Assembly (NCBI GenBank): GCA_964386865.1
Contig: CAYLUN010000020.1
Coordinates: 11,460-75,459 of the forward strand
DNA: 64,000 nucleotides
Reading direction: 5' to 3'
Source: an uncultured Lentisphaeraceae bacterium
GTDB taxonomy: Bacteria; Verrucomicrobiota; Kiritimatiellia; RFP12; UBA1067
Below, in pieces: positions 19,614 through 27,223 of this stretch; the stretch's first letter is position 1, and each line of letters starts with the position of its first letter. Made by a program: the position numbers and the translations under genes. The notes beneath the pieces are model-generated. The model made no database searches. It saw only the letters and a program-made list of their open reading frames with translations, and was not told where the DNA came from.

Positions 19614-19967
19614 ATGGGTTCAGGCCGTACATTACGCAAGCACTCTCACACCCGCCCCGTCAAGACCCCGGGCGAGAAGCTCCGCCGCTGCAAGGCGCAG
19701 CGCGCCCGTCTCGTGAAGTTCGGCATGGATGAGGCTGTTGTTTGCAAGATGCAGCCGGAGGACGTTCGCAAGCTGGTCCAGCGCCCCACGAAAGTGAAAA
19801 AGTGCTTGGCCGCCAAGGCCGCCACAGCTGCGGCCGCGCCGGCTGCCGAAGCCGCGCCGAAGGCCAAGGCCGCGCCGAAAGCCAAGGCCGCGCCGAAAGC
19901 CAAGGCCGCGCCCAAGGCCGCCAAAGCGCCCGCCGCCAAAGCGAAGGCTCCGAAGAAAGCCGAGTGA
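19614..19967 (+). CDS. histone-H1-like Lys/Ala-rich basic protein
   Basis: The gene has a strong RBS (ggagga, then 7 nt, then ATG). The N-terminal ~65 aa are basic. The C-terminal tail is (AAPKAK)n. Confidence 0.65.
   Translation: MGSGRTLRKHSHTRPVKTPGEKLRRCKAQRARLVKFGMDEAVVCKMQPEDVRKLVQRPTKVKKCLAAKAATAAAAPAAEAAPKAKAAPKAKAAPKAKAAPKAAKAPAAKAKAPKKAE
19855..19925 (+). repeat. 18-bp tandem repeats (gccaaggccgcgccgaaa, about 4 copies) encoding AKAAPK
   Basis: The repeats are read directly inside the 19614..19967 CDS. Confidence 0.7.
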
Positions 19968-19995
19968 CCCGGCGGAGCCGGCTTCCGCTTGACAG

Positions 19996-20036
19996 AACGC
20001 GCCCCGTTCGACGAACGGCGGCGCGTTTCGCATTTT
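19996..20036. terminator. bidirectional stem-loop terminator between convergent genes
   Basis: The hairpin AACGCGCC-CCGTTCG-a-CGAACGG-c-GGCGCGTT is followed by TTTCGCATTTT. It lies between the histone-like gene end (19967) and the GT4 gene stop (20036). Confidence 0.55.
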
Positions 20037-21160
20037 CACCGCCGGGCGAGCACCGCGCCGCGATAGACGGCCGAAACCGCTGACGCCATCGCGACGAGGC
20101 CGCGCTCAGCCACAGCCGCGCGCCCCTGCTCCGCCAGCCGCAGCCGCTTCTGCGGGTCGCGCAGCAGGCTCAGCAGCGCGTCGCACAGCGCCTCCGGGCT
20201 CTCAGGCTCGAACACCAGGCCGTCGACGCCGTCGCGGATCAGCTCAGGCACGCCGCCCACCGCCGCCGCGGCCACAGGCACGCCGGCCTGCTGCGCCTCC
20301 AAGACCGCGTACGGGCAGCCCTCCCACCGCGAGGGAACCGCCACCACATCGACCTCCCGCATGCGGGCCACAACCTCCTCCTGCCGGCACTCCCCCTCGA
20401 ACCGCACATGCGCGCCGACCTGAAGGCCCTCCGCCCGCTCGCGCAAGGCCGCCTCCATCGCGCCGCCGCCGAACAGGCGGAAGCGGACTTGCGGCAGGTG
20501 CGCCACCACGCCGGCCGCCGCCTCGAGCAGCAAATCCGGGCCCTTCTGAGGCGCCAGCCGGCCGAAGAACCCGACCGTCAGCTCGCCGGACTCGCGCACC
20601 CGCACCGGGCCCGCGTCGGCCGGGCGCACGCCGTTGCGGATGAGCGCCACGCGCTCGGGGGCGTAGCCGAGCCGAGCCGCCTCGCGCGCCTCTTCCTCCG
20701 AGACCACGATCAGCGCCGCCGTGCGCCCGCGCATGCTCGTCTCGAGCCTGCGGTAGAGCCGCCGCCGCCGCTCGCCGCACGTCATCAGGAACGCGAACGC
20801 GTGCGGCGTATAAACCACTGGCACGCGGCACCACGCCCCCGCCAGGCGCGCCAGGAAGCCGGCCTTCGCGCTGTGCGCATGGATCAGCCCCGGCCGCACG
20901 CGGCGCACCAGCCGCACCAGCCGCGCCAGATTGGCGAGGTCGGACAACGGCGCGATCCCGCGCCGCATCGGGATTTCGTGCACCGGCACGCCGCGCGCCG
21001 CGTACCCCGCCAGCTCCTCCTCGCCGTCGAGCGGATCGCGCAGGCGCGAGACCGCCAGCTCGCAGCGGAACGCCGCCGGATCCAGCGCCGAAATGAGGTC
21101 GCGCACGTGGCGGCGCGTGCCGCCCTCCAGCGCCTCGAGAACGTGCAGCACCGTCGTCAT
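20036..21160 (-). CDS. GT4-family glycosyltransferase (GT-B fold)
   Basis: The ATG start at 21160 gives MTTVLHVLEALEGG. The C-terminal region has E-x7-E-type motifs (VAVPSRWEGCPYAVLEAQQAGVPV). The ATGA overlap links it to the upstream gene. Confidence 0.8.
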   Translation of the reverse strand: MTTVLHVLEALEGGTRRHVRDLISALDPAAFRCELAVSRLRDPLDGEEELAGYAARGVPVHEIPMRRGIAPLSDLANLARLVRLVRRVRPGLIHAHSAKAGFLARLAGAWCRVPVVYTPHAFAFLMTCGERRRRLYRRLETSMRGRTAALIVVSEEEAREAARLGYAPERVALIRNGVRPADAGPVRVRESGELTVGFFGRLAPQKGPDLLLEAAAGVVAHLPQVRFRLFGGGAMEAALRERAEGLQVGAHVRFEGECRQEEVVARMREVDVVAVPSRWEGCPYAVLEAQQAGVPVAAAAVGGVPELIRDGVDGLVFEPESPEALCDALLSLLRDPQKRLRLAEQGRAAVAERGLVAMASAVSAVYRGAVLARR

Positions 21161-21714
21161 GGCTGACCGCCCCGCGCGCGAACCCATGCGCGCGTCTGCA
21201 GCTCCTGCCGGCGCTGCCGCCAGTCGGGCAGGCAGCGCGCCAGCTGAAAGTAGTAGGCCTTGGAGTGGTCGAGCCGCACCAGGTGGCACAGCTCGTGCAC
21301 GATCACGTAGTCGATCAGCCGCCGCGGCACGTGCACCAGCTCGGCGCTGAGCGTGATGTGCCCGTCCGGCGAACAGCTCCCCCAGCGCGTCTTCATCGAC
21401 CGCACCGTCAGCCGCAGCCCCTCCGGACACGCGGCCGAGCGCAGCGCCAGCGGGCACCGCGCGCTCGGCAGGTGCGTCCGGCAGCGCTCGGCCGCCTCGG
21501 CCAGATACGCAGGCAGCCGGGCGGCCGCCTGCTCGCGGAACCACCCGTCCACCAGCTCCTTGACGCGCGGCGCGTTCGACGTGTCCGCCAGCGCCACCCG
21601 CAGCGCATCGTCCTCGCGAGTGACGCGCTTCCAGACCGCATGCTCCACCTCGAGGCGCAGCGGCTGGCCCAAGAAAAAGACCGTCGTCCGGCCATCTGTC
21701 TCACATTCGCTCAT
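21157..21714 (-). CDS. YgjP-like metal-dependent hydrolase (DUF45/M48-like zinc motif HELCH)
   Basis: It has YVIVHELCHLV (HExxH) near the C-terminus, typical of the UTP-pyrophosphatase/YgjP family. The start is the ATG at 21714. Confidence 0.7.
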   Translation of the reverse strand: MSECETDGRTTVFFLGQPLRLEVEHAVWKRVTREDDALRVALADTSNAPRVKELVDGWFREQAAARLPAYLAEAAERCRTHLPSARCPLALRSAACPEGLRLTVRSMKTRWGSCSPDGHITLSAELVHVPRRLIDYVIVHELCHLVRLDHSKAYYFQLARCLPDWRQRRQELQTRAWVRARGGQP

Positions 21715-21919
21715 CGCGTTTTCCGCTCCCGCCCGCACACTCCCTTCACGAGGAATTAGGATACTCGCGAAACCGTTCCCCGAAAAGCCGAAAAGCCGCC
21801 CGATTTTTCGCAGTGACAAGCCCCCCGCGGCTCGGGTAGAATAACGTAATTCAATTCCTGTGTGATCGGCCCCTCCGTATGGGTTGGATCGCGACACGTT
21901 TCAACCGTTTGGAGATCGT

Positions 21920-23284
21920 ATGGCCCAAGCTGTCATTTTTCCGAAACTCGGTCAGACCATGGAGGAGGGGGCCATCGTCAAGTGGCTCAAGCAAGAGGGC
22001 GACCCCGTCGCGAAGGGCGACATCCTCTTCGAGATCGAAACCGACAAAGCCAACTTGGAAGTCGAGAGCTTCTTCGAGGGCGTGCTGCTGAAGATCTACA
22101 TCCGCGAAGGCGTCACCGTCCCGGTTAATACCGTGGTCGGCTTCGTCGGCGCCAAGGGCGAGAAAGCGCCTGCCCAGCCCCCCAAGGCGGAAGCCGCACC
22201 CGCGCCCGCCGCGCAGGCACCCGCGCCCGCACCCGCGCCTGCCGCACCCGCATCTGGAGGGCCGGCCCCCGTGGCGGCCGCACCCGCTGCCGCGCCCGCG
22301 CCGAGGCCCGCCCCGCAGCCGCTAGCGGCGCCGGCCGCCGCCGTCCGGCTCGTCATTTCGCCCCGCGCCAAAGCGCACGCGAAAGACGCCTGCATCGACC
22401 CCTCGCGCATCACCGGCACCGGCCCCAATGGCCGCATCGTCGAGAAGGACGTGCTCGCCTACCTCGCCTCCTCCGGCTACGACGCCCTGCGCATCGCGCC
22501 AGCCGCTAAGCGACTGGCCTCCGAAAAGGGCGTCGACATCCTGACCGTCCGCGGCTCCGGCGACGGCGGCCGCATCATGGTCGAAGACGTGGAGCGCGCG
22601 CTCAGGCGCCGCCCCGTCGCCCTCTCCCGCATGCGCCAGGTCATCGCCCGCCGCCTCGTGGAGAGCAAGCAGACCATCCCGCACTTCTACGTCACGGTCA
22701 AGGCGGACCTCACCGACCTCATGGCCTATCGCGCCGACCTCAAGGCCAAGGGCCTGAGCTACAGCGTCAACGACTTCGTGCTCGAAGCCGTGATCCTCTC
22801 GCTGGAGGAGTACCCGGTCGTCAACTCCGTCACCGACGGCGTGACGGTCTCGTGGCGCGGCGACGTGAACCTCGGCATGGCGGTCAGCGTGGACAACGGC
22901 CTCGTGGTTCCGGTCATCCGTGCAGCCCAGTCGCTCACGCTCAAGGAACTCAACGCGCAGGCCAAAGCGCTCGCCGAGAAGGCCCGCGCCGGCAAGCTCA
23001 CGCCCGACGAGATGGTCGGCAGCTCCTTCTCGGTCTCGAACATGGGCATGCTGAACGTGGACCAATTCACCGCCATCATTAACCCCGGCGAGGCCGGTAT
23101 CCTGGCCGTCTCCAGCGCCCGCCAGGTTCCCGCCGTGGTCAACGGCGAGATCAAGATCCGCACGGTCATGGCCATGACCCTTTCGGCCGACCACCGCATC
23201 GTGGACGGCTCGACCGGCGCGCTGTTCGTCAACGCCATCCGCTCCAAGCTCGAAAACGTCGAACTCTGGAAATCGCTCGTGTAA
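21920..23284 (+). CDS. dihydrolipoyllysine-residue acyltransferase (E2) of a 2-oxo-acid dehydrogenase complex
   Basis: It has a lipoyl domain with ETDKA, an Ala/Pro linker, a peripheral-subunit-binding domain (ISPRAKAHAKD...GTGPNGRI) and a catalytic SADHRIVDG. The RBS is 'ggag' and the start is 21920. Confidence 0.9.
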   Translation: MAQAVIFPKLGQTMEEGAIVKWLKQEGDPVAKGDILFEIETDKANLEVESFFEGVLLKIYIREGVTVPVNTVVGFVGAKGEKAPAQPPKAEAAPAPAAQAPAPAPAPAAPASGGPAPVAAAPAAAPAPRPAPQPLAAPAAAVRLVISPRAKAHAKDACIDPSRITGTGPNGRIVEKDVLAYLASSGYDALRIAPAAKRLASEKGVDILTVRGSGDGGRIMVEDVERALRRRPVALSRMRQVIARRLVESKQTIPHFYVTVKADLTDLMAYRADLKAKGLSYSVNDFVLEAVILSLEEYPVVNSVTDGVTVSWRGDVNLGMAVSVDNGLVVPVIRAAQSLTLKELNAQAKALAEKARAGKLTPDEMVGSSFSVSNMGMLNVDQFTAIINPGEAGILAVSSARQVPAVVNGEIKIRTVMAMTLSADHRIVDGSTGALFVNAIRSKLENVELWKSLV

Positions 23285-23304
23285 GGGCGAAAGATCTTTC
23301 GCCC
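23285..23304 (+). terminator. perfect 9-bp-stem hairpin (gggcgaaag-at-ctttcgccc) between the E2 and E3 genes
   Basis: It lies immediately after the E2 stop. There is no U-tract, so it may act as an attenuator or processing site rather than a terminator. Confidence 0.3.
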
Positions 23305-23360
23305 CTGCCTCGCAACCGTTGAACCGTGAACCTCTTCAACCTCTCAACCGGATTTATCGC

Positions 23361-24746
23361 ATGTACGACTTTGACATCATCGTGATCGGCGCAGGACCCG
23401 GCGGCTACCCCGCCGCCATCCGCGCCGCGCAGCTCGGCAAGAAGACAGCCATCATCGAAAAGGAAGCCTTCGGCGGCACCTGCCTCAACTGGGGCTGCAT
23501 CCCCACCAAGACGCTCATCGCCTCCGCGGAGCGCTACCACCATGCGGCCCACTCGGAAGCCTTCGGCGTCACGGCCAAGTCCGTCGCCTTCGACTACGCC
23601 AAGATGGCCGCCCGCAAGTCCGAGATCGTCGCGAAGCTCAGCGGCGGCGTACAGTCGCTGCTCAAGTCCAACGGCGTCGAGCTCGTCAAGGGCGCGGCCC
23701 GCTTCGAAGGCCCCAACCGCCTCTCGGTCGTCCAGCCGGACGGCTCCGCGCGCTGGCTCAGCGCCGCCTCGATCATCATCGCGGCGGGCAGCGACTCCGC
23801 CATGCCGGGCTTCCTGCCCAAGGACAAGCGCGTCATGGAGAGCCGCGCGTTCCTCGACCTCACCGAGCTGCCCAAGAGGCTTCTGATCCTCGGCGGCGGC
23901 GTGATCGGCTGCGAGTTCGCCTGCATGGCCGCCGCGCTCGGCGCGAAGGTCACCGTGGTCGAGATGCTTGAAGACATCGTGATGGTGCTCGACCGCGACG
24001 TGCGCCGCGTGCTGCGCAAGCGCATGGAGTCGCTCGGCGTCACGCTCCTCACGGGCGCCCCGCTCACCGACATCGCCGTCAAGAAGGACAAGGTCACCGG
24101 CACCTACAAGGACCAGTCCGTCGAGGGAGACGTGCTGCTCGTGGCCGTGGGGCGCAAGCCCAACACCGCCGCGCTGGACCTCGCCCGCGCGGGCGTCAAG
24201 GTCGACGAGCGCGGCACGATCCCCGTCGACGCGCAGGGCCGCACCAACGTCGCCTCGGTCTTCGCGGTCGGCGACCTCGTGACCGGCTCGATCCAGCTCG
24301 CGCACGCCGCCACCCAGCAAGGCGTGGCCGCGGCCGAGGCCGCCGCCGGCCATAAGGCCAAGGTCGAGAAGGTCTGCCCCTCCTGCATCTTCACCTCGCC
24401 CGAGATCGGCCTCGCCGGCCTCACCGAGGCCAAGGCCCAGCAGCTCGGCATCGCGGTCAAGACCGCAGCCTTCCCCTTCTCGGTGCTCGGCAAAGCGCTG
24501 GCCGCGGGTGAGACCGACGGCTTTGTCAAGTGGATCTGCGATCCGCTCACCGGGCAGGTGCTCGGCGCGCAGGCGGTCGGCAGCCACGCCACGGAGCTGA
24601 TCGCCGAGGCGACGCTCGCCATCCGCAACCAGCTGACGATCGACGAGGTGGGCAACACCGTCCACTGCCACCCGACCTTCTCAGAGGCCTGGATGGAGGC
24701 GGCGCACGCGTTCCACGGGGCGTGCGTGCATTTGCCGAAACAGTAA
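23361..24746 (+). CDS. lpdA: dihydrolipoyl dehydrogenase (E3)
   Basis: It has the FAD motif GAGPGGY, the redox-active disulfide GGTCLNWGCIPTK and the C-terminal dimerisation HAHPTFSE. Confidence 0.95.
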   Translation: MYDFDIIVIGAGPGGYPAAIRAAQLGKKTAIIEKEAFGGTCLNWGCIPTKTLIASAERYHHAAHSEAFGVTAKSVAFDYAKMAARKSEIVAKLSGGVQSLLKSNGVELVKGAARFEGPNRLSVVQPDGSARWLSAASIIIAAGSDSAMPGFLPKDKRVMESRAFLDLTELPKRLLILGGGVIGCEFACMAAALGAKVTVVEMLEDIVMVLDRDVRRVLRKRMESLGVTLLTGAPLTDIAVKKDKVTGTYKDQSVEGDVLLVAVGRKPNTAALDLARAGVKVDERGTIPVDAQGRTNVASVFAVGDLVTGSIQLAHAATQQGVAAAEAAAGHKAKVEKVCPSCIFTSPEIGLAGLTEAKAQQLGIAVKTAAFPFSVLGKALAAGETDGFVKWICDPLTGQVLGAQAVGSHATELIAEATLAIRNQLTIDEVGNTVHCHPTFSEAWMEAAHAFHGACVHLPKQ

Positions 24747-24756
24747 GACCCGACAG

Positions 24757-24861
24757 AACGCTCAACTTTCAACGCTCAACTCTCAACGCTCAAGTGGGGA
24801 GTGAAGCGTGGCGACTGTCGCGGTCTATGGGCCTCAACTTGAGCGTTGAAAGTTGAGCGTT
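24757..24861. repeat. 105-bp palindromic element: three 14-bp direct iterons (caacgctcaacNNN) plus a perfect 23-bp inverted repeat
   Basis: The left arm is aacgctcaactttcaacgctcaa (24757-24779). The right arm is ttgagcgttgaaagttgagcgtt (24839-24861), its exact reverse complement. A third iteron sits at 24785. The element lies between the lpdA stop and the AI-2E transporter start. Confidence 0.6.
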
Positions 24862-24876
24862 AAAAAGGTTCCGCCT

Positions 24877-26070
24877 ATGGCCATTCACCGAAGCCCGTCT
24901 GATCACCGCAACTCACCCGACCAGAAGCCGACCCTCTCGTTCACCGAGCGCCAAAACGGTGTTGTCGCGGCGGGCGTCACGGTGCTCTGCGCCACGCTCG
25001 TCATCGCGTTCGCGGCCCTGCTCCTGTGGGGCGCCTACTCGTTGCTCTCGGCCGTCTCGGTCGTGCTCACGCCGATGCTCGTGGCGCTGATCCTGACCCT
25101 GCTCTTCAAGCCCTATTACCTGTGGCTGCAGGCCCGCCTGCGCGGCCTGCATGCGCTGGCGATCCCCGCGCTCTTCCTCTCGGTGCTCCTGCCCGTCGGC
25201 GCGCTCTTCTTTTTCTTCGGGTCGCTCTTCGTGGGCCAGCTCGTCGCGCTGATCGAGTACCTGCCCGCCCTCTTCGAGCGGATCACGAACGCCCTGACCG
25301 CCGCGAACCCCGACCTGCAGGCCTTCCTCGCGAAGTACGGCCTGGAGGAGAAGCTGCCGCTGCTCGCCGACCCCGACGCCTTTATCGCCGCGCTGGTCGA
25401 GCGAGTCTCGTTCCGCGACGTGGGCGGCAAGGCGCTCTCCTACGGCATGGACGCCATCAAATACCTGGTCTCGCTCATCGGCTGGCTGGTCGTGCCGGTC
25501 TACCTGATCTACTTCCTGACCGCCAAGCCCTTTGCCGGCAAGAGCATCGAGACGTTCCTGCCTTTCCTCAAGCCCGACATGCGCAAAGACGTCTCCTACC
25601 TGATCGACGAATTCCTGGCGATCATCGTGTCCTTCTTCCGCGGCCAGGTGATCATCGCGTTTATCCAAGGGATCCTCATGGGACTTGGTTTCTGGATGGT
25701 GGGGCTGCCCTACGGCCTGATTATCGGCCTCACGCTGGGCTGCTTCAACCTCGTGCCCTACCTCGGCAACATCATCGGCCTGGCGGTCACCCTGCCCATG
25801 GCCTTCTTCGGCGACGGCGGCGGCGGCCTGCGCCTCGGGCTCGTGCTGGGCGTGTTCTGCGTGGTGCAGTTCGTCGACGGCTACTTCATCACCCCGCGCA
25901 TCCAAGGCAAGCGGACGGGGCTCAACGACGTGACGATCATCTTCTCCCTGCTCTTCTGGGGCGTGGTCTTCCAAGGCATGCTCGGCGTGCTCCTCGCCAT
26001 CCCCCTCAGCGCCTTCATCGTCGTCTTCTGGCGCCTGCTCAAGACCAAGTACATCAAAGAGCTGATCTGA
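24877..26070 (+). CDS. AI-2E family transporter (PerM/UPF0118 permease)
   Basis: It has 8 predicted TM helices, and the family-typical C-terminal half (GLPYGLIIGLTLGCFNLVPYLGNIIG). The ATG at 24877 was chosen over a TTG lying inside the palindrome. Confidence 0.85.
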   Translation: MAIHRSPSDHRNSPDQKPTLSFTERQNGVVAAGVTVLCATLVIAFAALLLWGAYSLLSAVSVVLTPMLVALILTLLFKPYYLWLQARLRGLHALAIPALFLSVLLPVGALFFFFGSLFVGQLVALIEYLPALFERITNALTAANPDLQAFLAKYGLEEKLPLLADPDAFIAALVERVSFRDVGGKALSYGMDAIKYLVSLIGWLVVPVYLIYFLTAKPFAGKSIETFLPFLKPDMRKDVSYLIDEFLAIIVSFFRGQVIIAFIQGILMGLGFWMVGLPYGLIIGLTLGCFNLVPYLGNIIGLAVTLPMAFFGDGGGGLRLGLVLGVFCVVQFVDGYFITPRIQGKRTGLNDVTIIFSLLFWGVVFQGMLGVLLAIPLSAFIVVFWRLLKTKYIKELI

Positions 26071-26200
26071 ACCGCTGACGCGCCGGACGGCTCTCGCATC
26101 CCGACACGCCTCCCACTCGTGCTTCGCGGTTTTCCACCCCATCCCGTTTTCCGAGCCGCCGCGCTTGACACGCGCACACCGTTTAGGCATCCTTTCGCCC

Positions 26201-27223
26201 ATGAACGAGTCTCTTCACACGGGCTTCGGCTGGCGCATATCCGTGCCGCCTAACACGCTTGTCGTTGTCATCCAAACAGGGAAGCGTGGGCTTGTGAGCC
26301 TGCTCGCGGCGCTGCTCGCCGACATGGCCTTGGCGCAGCAGCCGGGCGCTTTTGACAAGGCGGCCGTCCTTCTGGAGCTGGACAAGCTCGAGCAATCACA
26401 CAGCGACAAGATCGCAGTCGAGCAGAAGGGCATCAAAGAGACCTTGGGCAAGGCGCTGTCCAGCACAAAGTCCCTGCTTGACCTCTACGAGGAGGCCGTG
26501 TTCGCCACCAAGTTTGAAGGCGCGAAGCGAGACAACTCCGAGTTCAAAAGGTGGAAGAACGCCCAAGACGACACGCTGAAGGCCGACGACTTCCAAGCCG
26601 CCCTGGAGCTTCACGCAAACTACCTGTACCTGACGTTCCTCCGCGCGTCCGGTGAAGAGGAGCCGAAGCTGGTCGAGGCGGTCATTCAGCATGTGCTCAA
26701 GGTATGGGCGCTGGAAGCCAAGTACGACCTCCACAAGCGGGCGAACGCCGAGCTTCTGGACCGCCCGGTCAACCAGGGCGTGCTCGCGCGCCGCTACCAC
26801 CTGGGCCCGAAGCTAGGCGGGCCGCAGGAGGGCGAGAAGCCGAAGGAGCAGGATAAGACCTGGGAGTGGTTCCCTGCGGGCACCGACGGCATGCTGGACC
26901 GGACTGCCCTCCCCTATCTGAGAGCGAAGAAGAGCCCGGCGCTGATCACGCTCTGGGACAAGCGCATCGCCAACGAGTCCGCGCGCGCCAAGCGTTCGGG
27001 GCTGAGCGACAGGGCGGCCCAGATCACCCAGCAGACCTTGCCCAAGCTGAACTGGCAGCGCGCGGCCGACCTCGTGCTCCTGGGAAAAGAGGCGGAAGGC
27101 TTTTCAACGATGATCGGAGTCCTGCGGCAAAACGCCAACCACGCGGACTTCAACAAGTTCGCCCAGGAGCTGCGCGCCCTGTTGACAGGCGGAGCGTCCA
27201 CCTCCGCCGCGCAAAGCCAATAG
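26201..27223 (+). CDS. secreted hypothetical protein
   Basis: The ATG at 26201 is followed by a signal-like LVSLLAALLADMALAQQ. The sequence is protein-like and helical-rich, with no recognised family. Confidence 0.55.
   Translation: MNESLHTGFGWRISVPPNTLVVVIQTGKRGLVSLLAALLADMALAQQPGAFDKAAVLLELDKLEQSHSDKIAVEQKGIKETLGKALSSTKSLLDLYEEAVFATKFEGAKRDNSEFKRWKNAQDDTLKADDFQAALELHANYLYLTFLRASGEEEPKLVEAVIQHVLKVWALEAKYDLHKRANAELLDRPVNQGVLARRYHLGPKLGGPQEGEKPKEQDKTWEWFPAGTDGMLDRTALPYLRAKKSPALITLWDKRIANESARAKRSGLSDRAAQITQQTLPKLNWQRAADLVLLGKEAEGFSTMIGVLRQNANHADFNKFAQELRALLTGGASTSAAQSQ

Noticed and set aside
24853-24876. An upstream alternative start (MSVKKVPP…) for the AI-2E transporter.
   Set aside because: It would initiate inside the right arm of the 23-bp palindrome and has no RBS. 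The ATG at 24877 precedes the first TM region.
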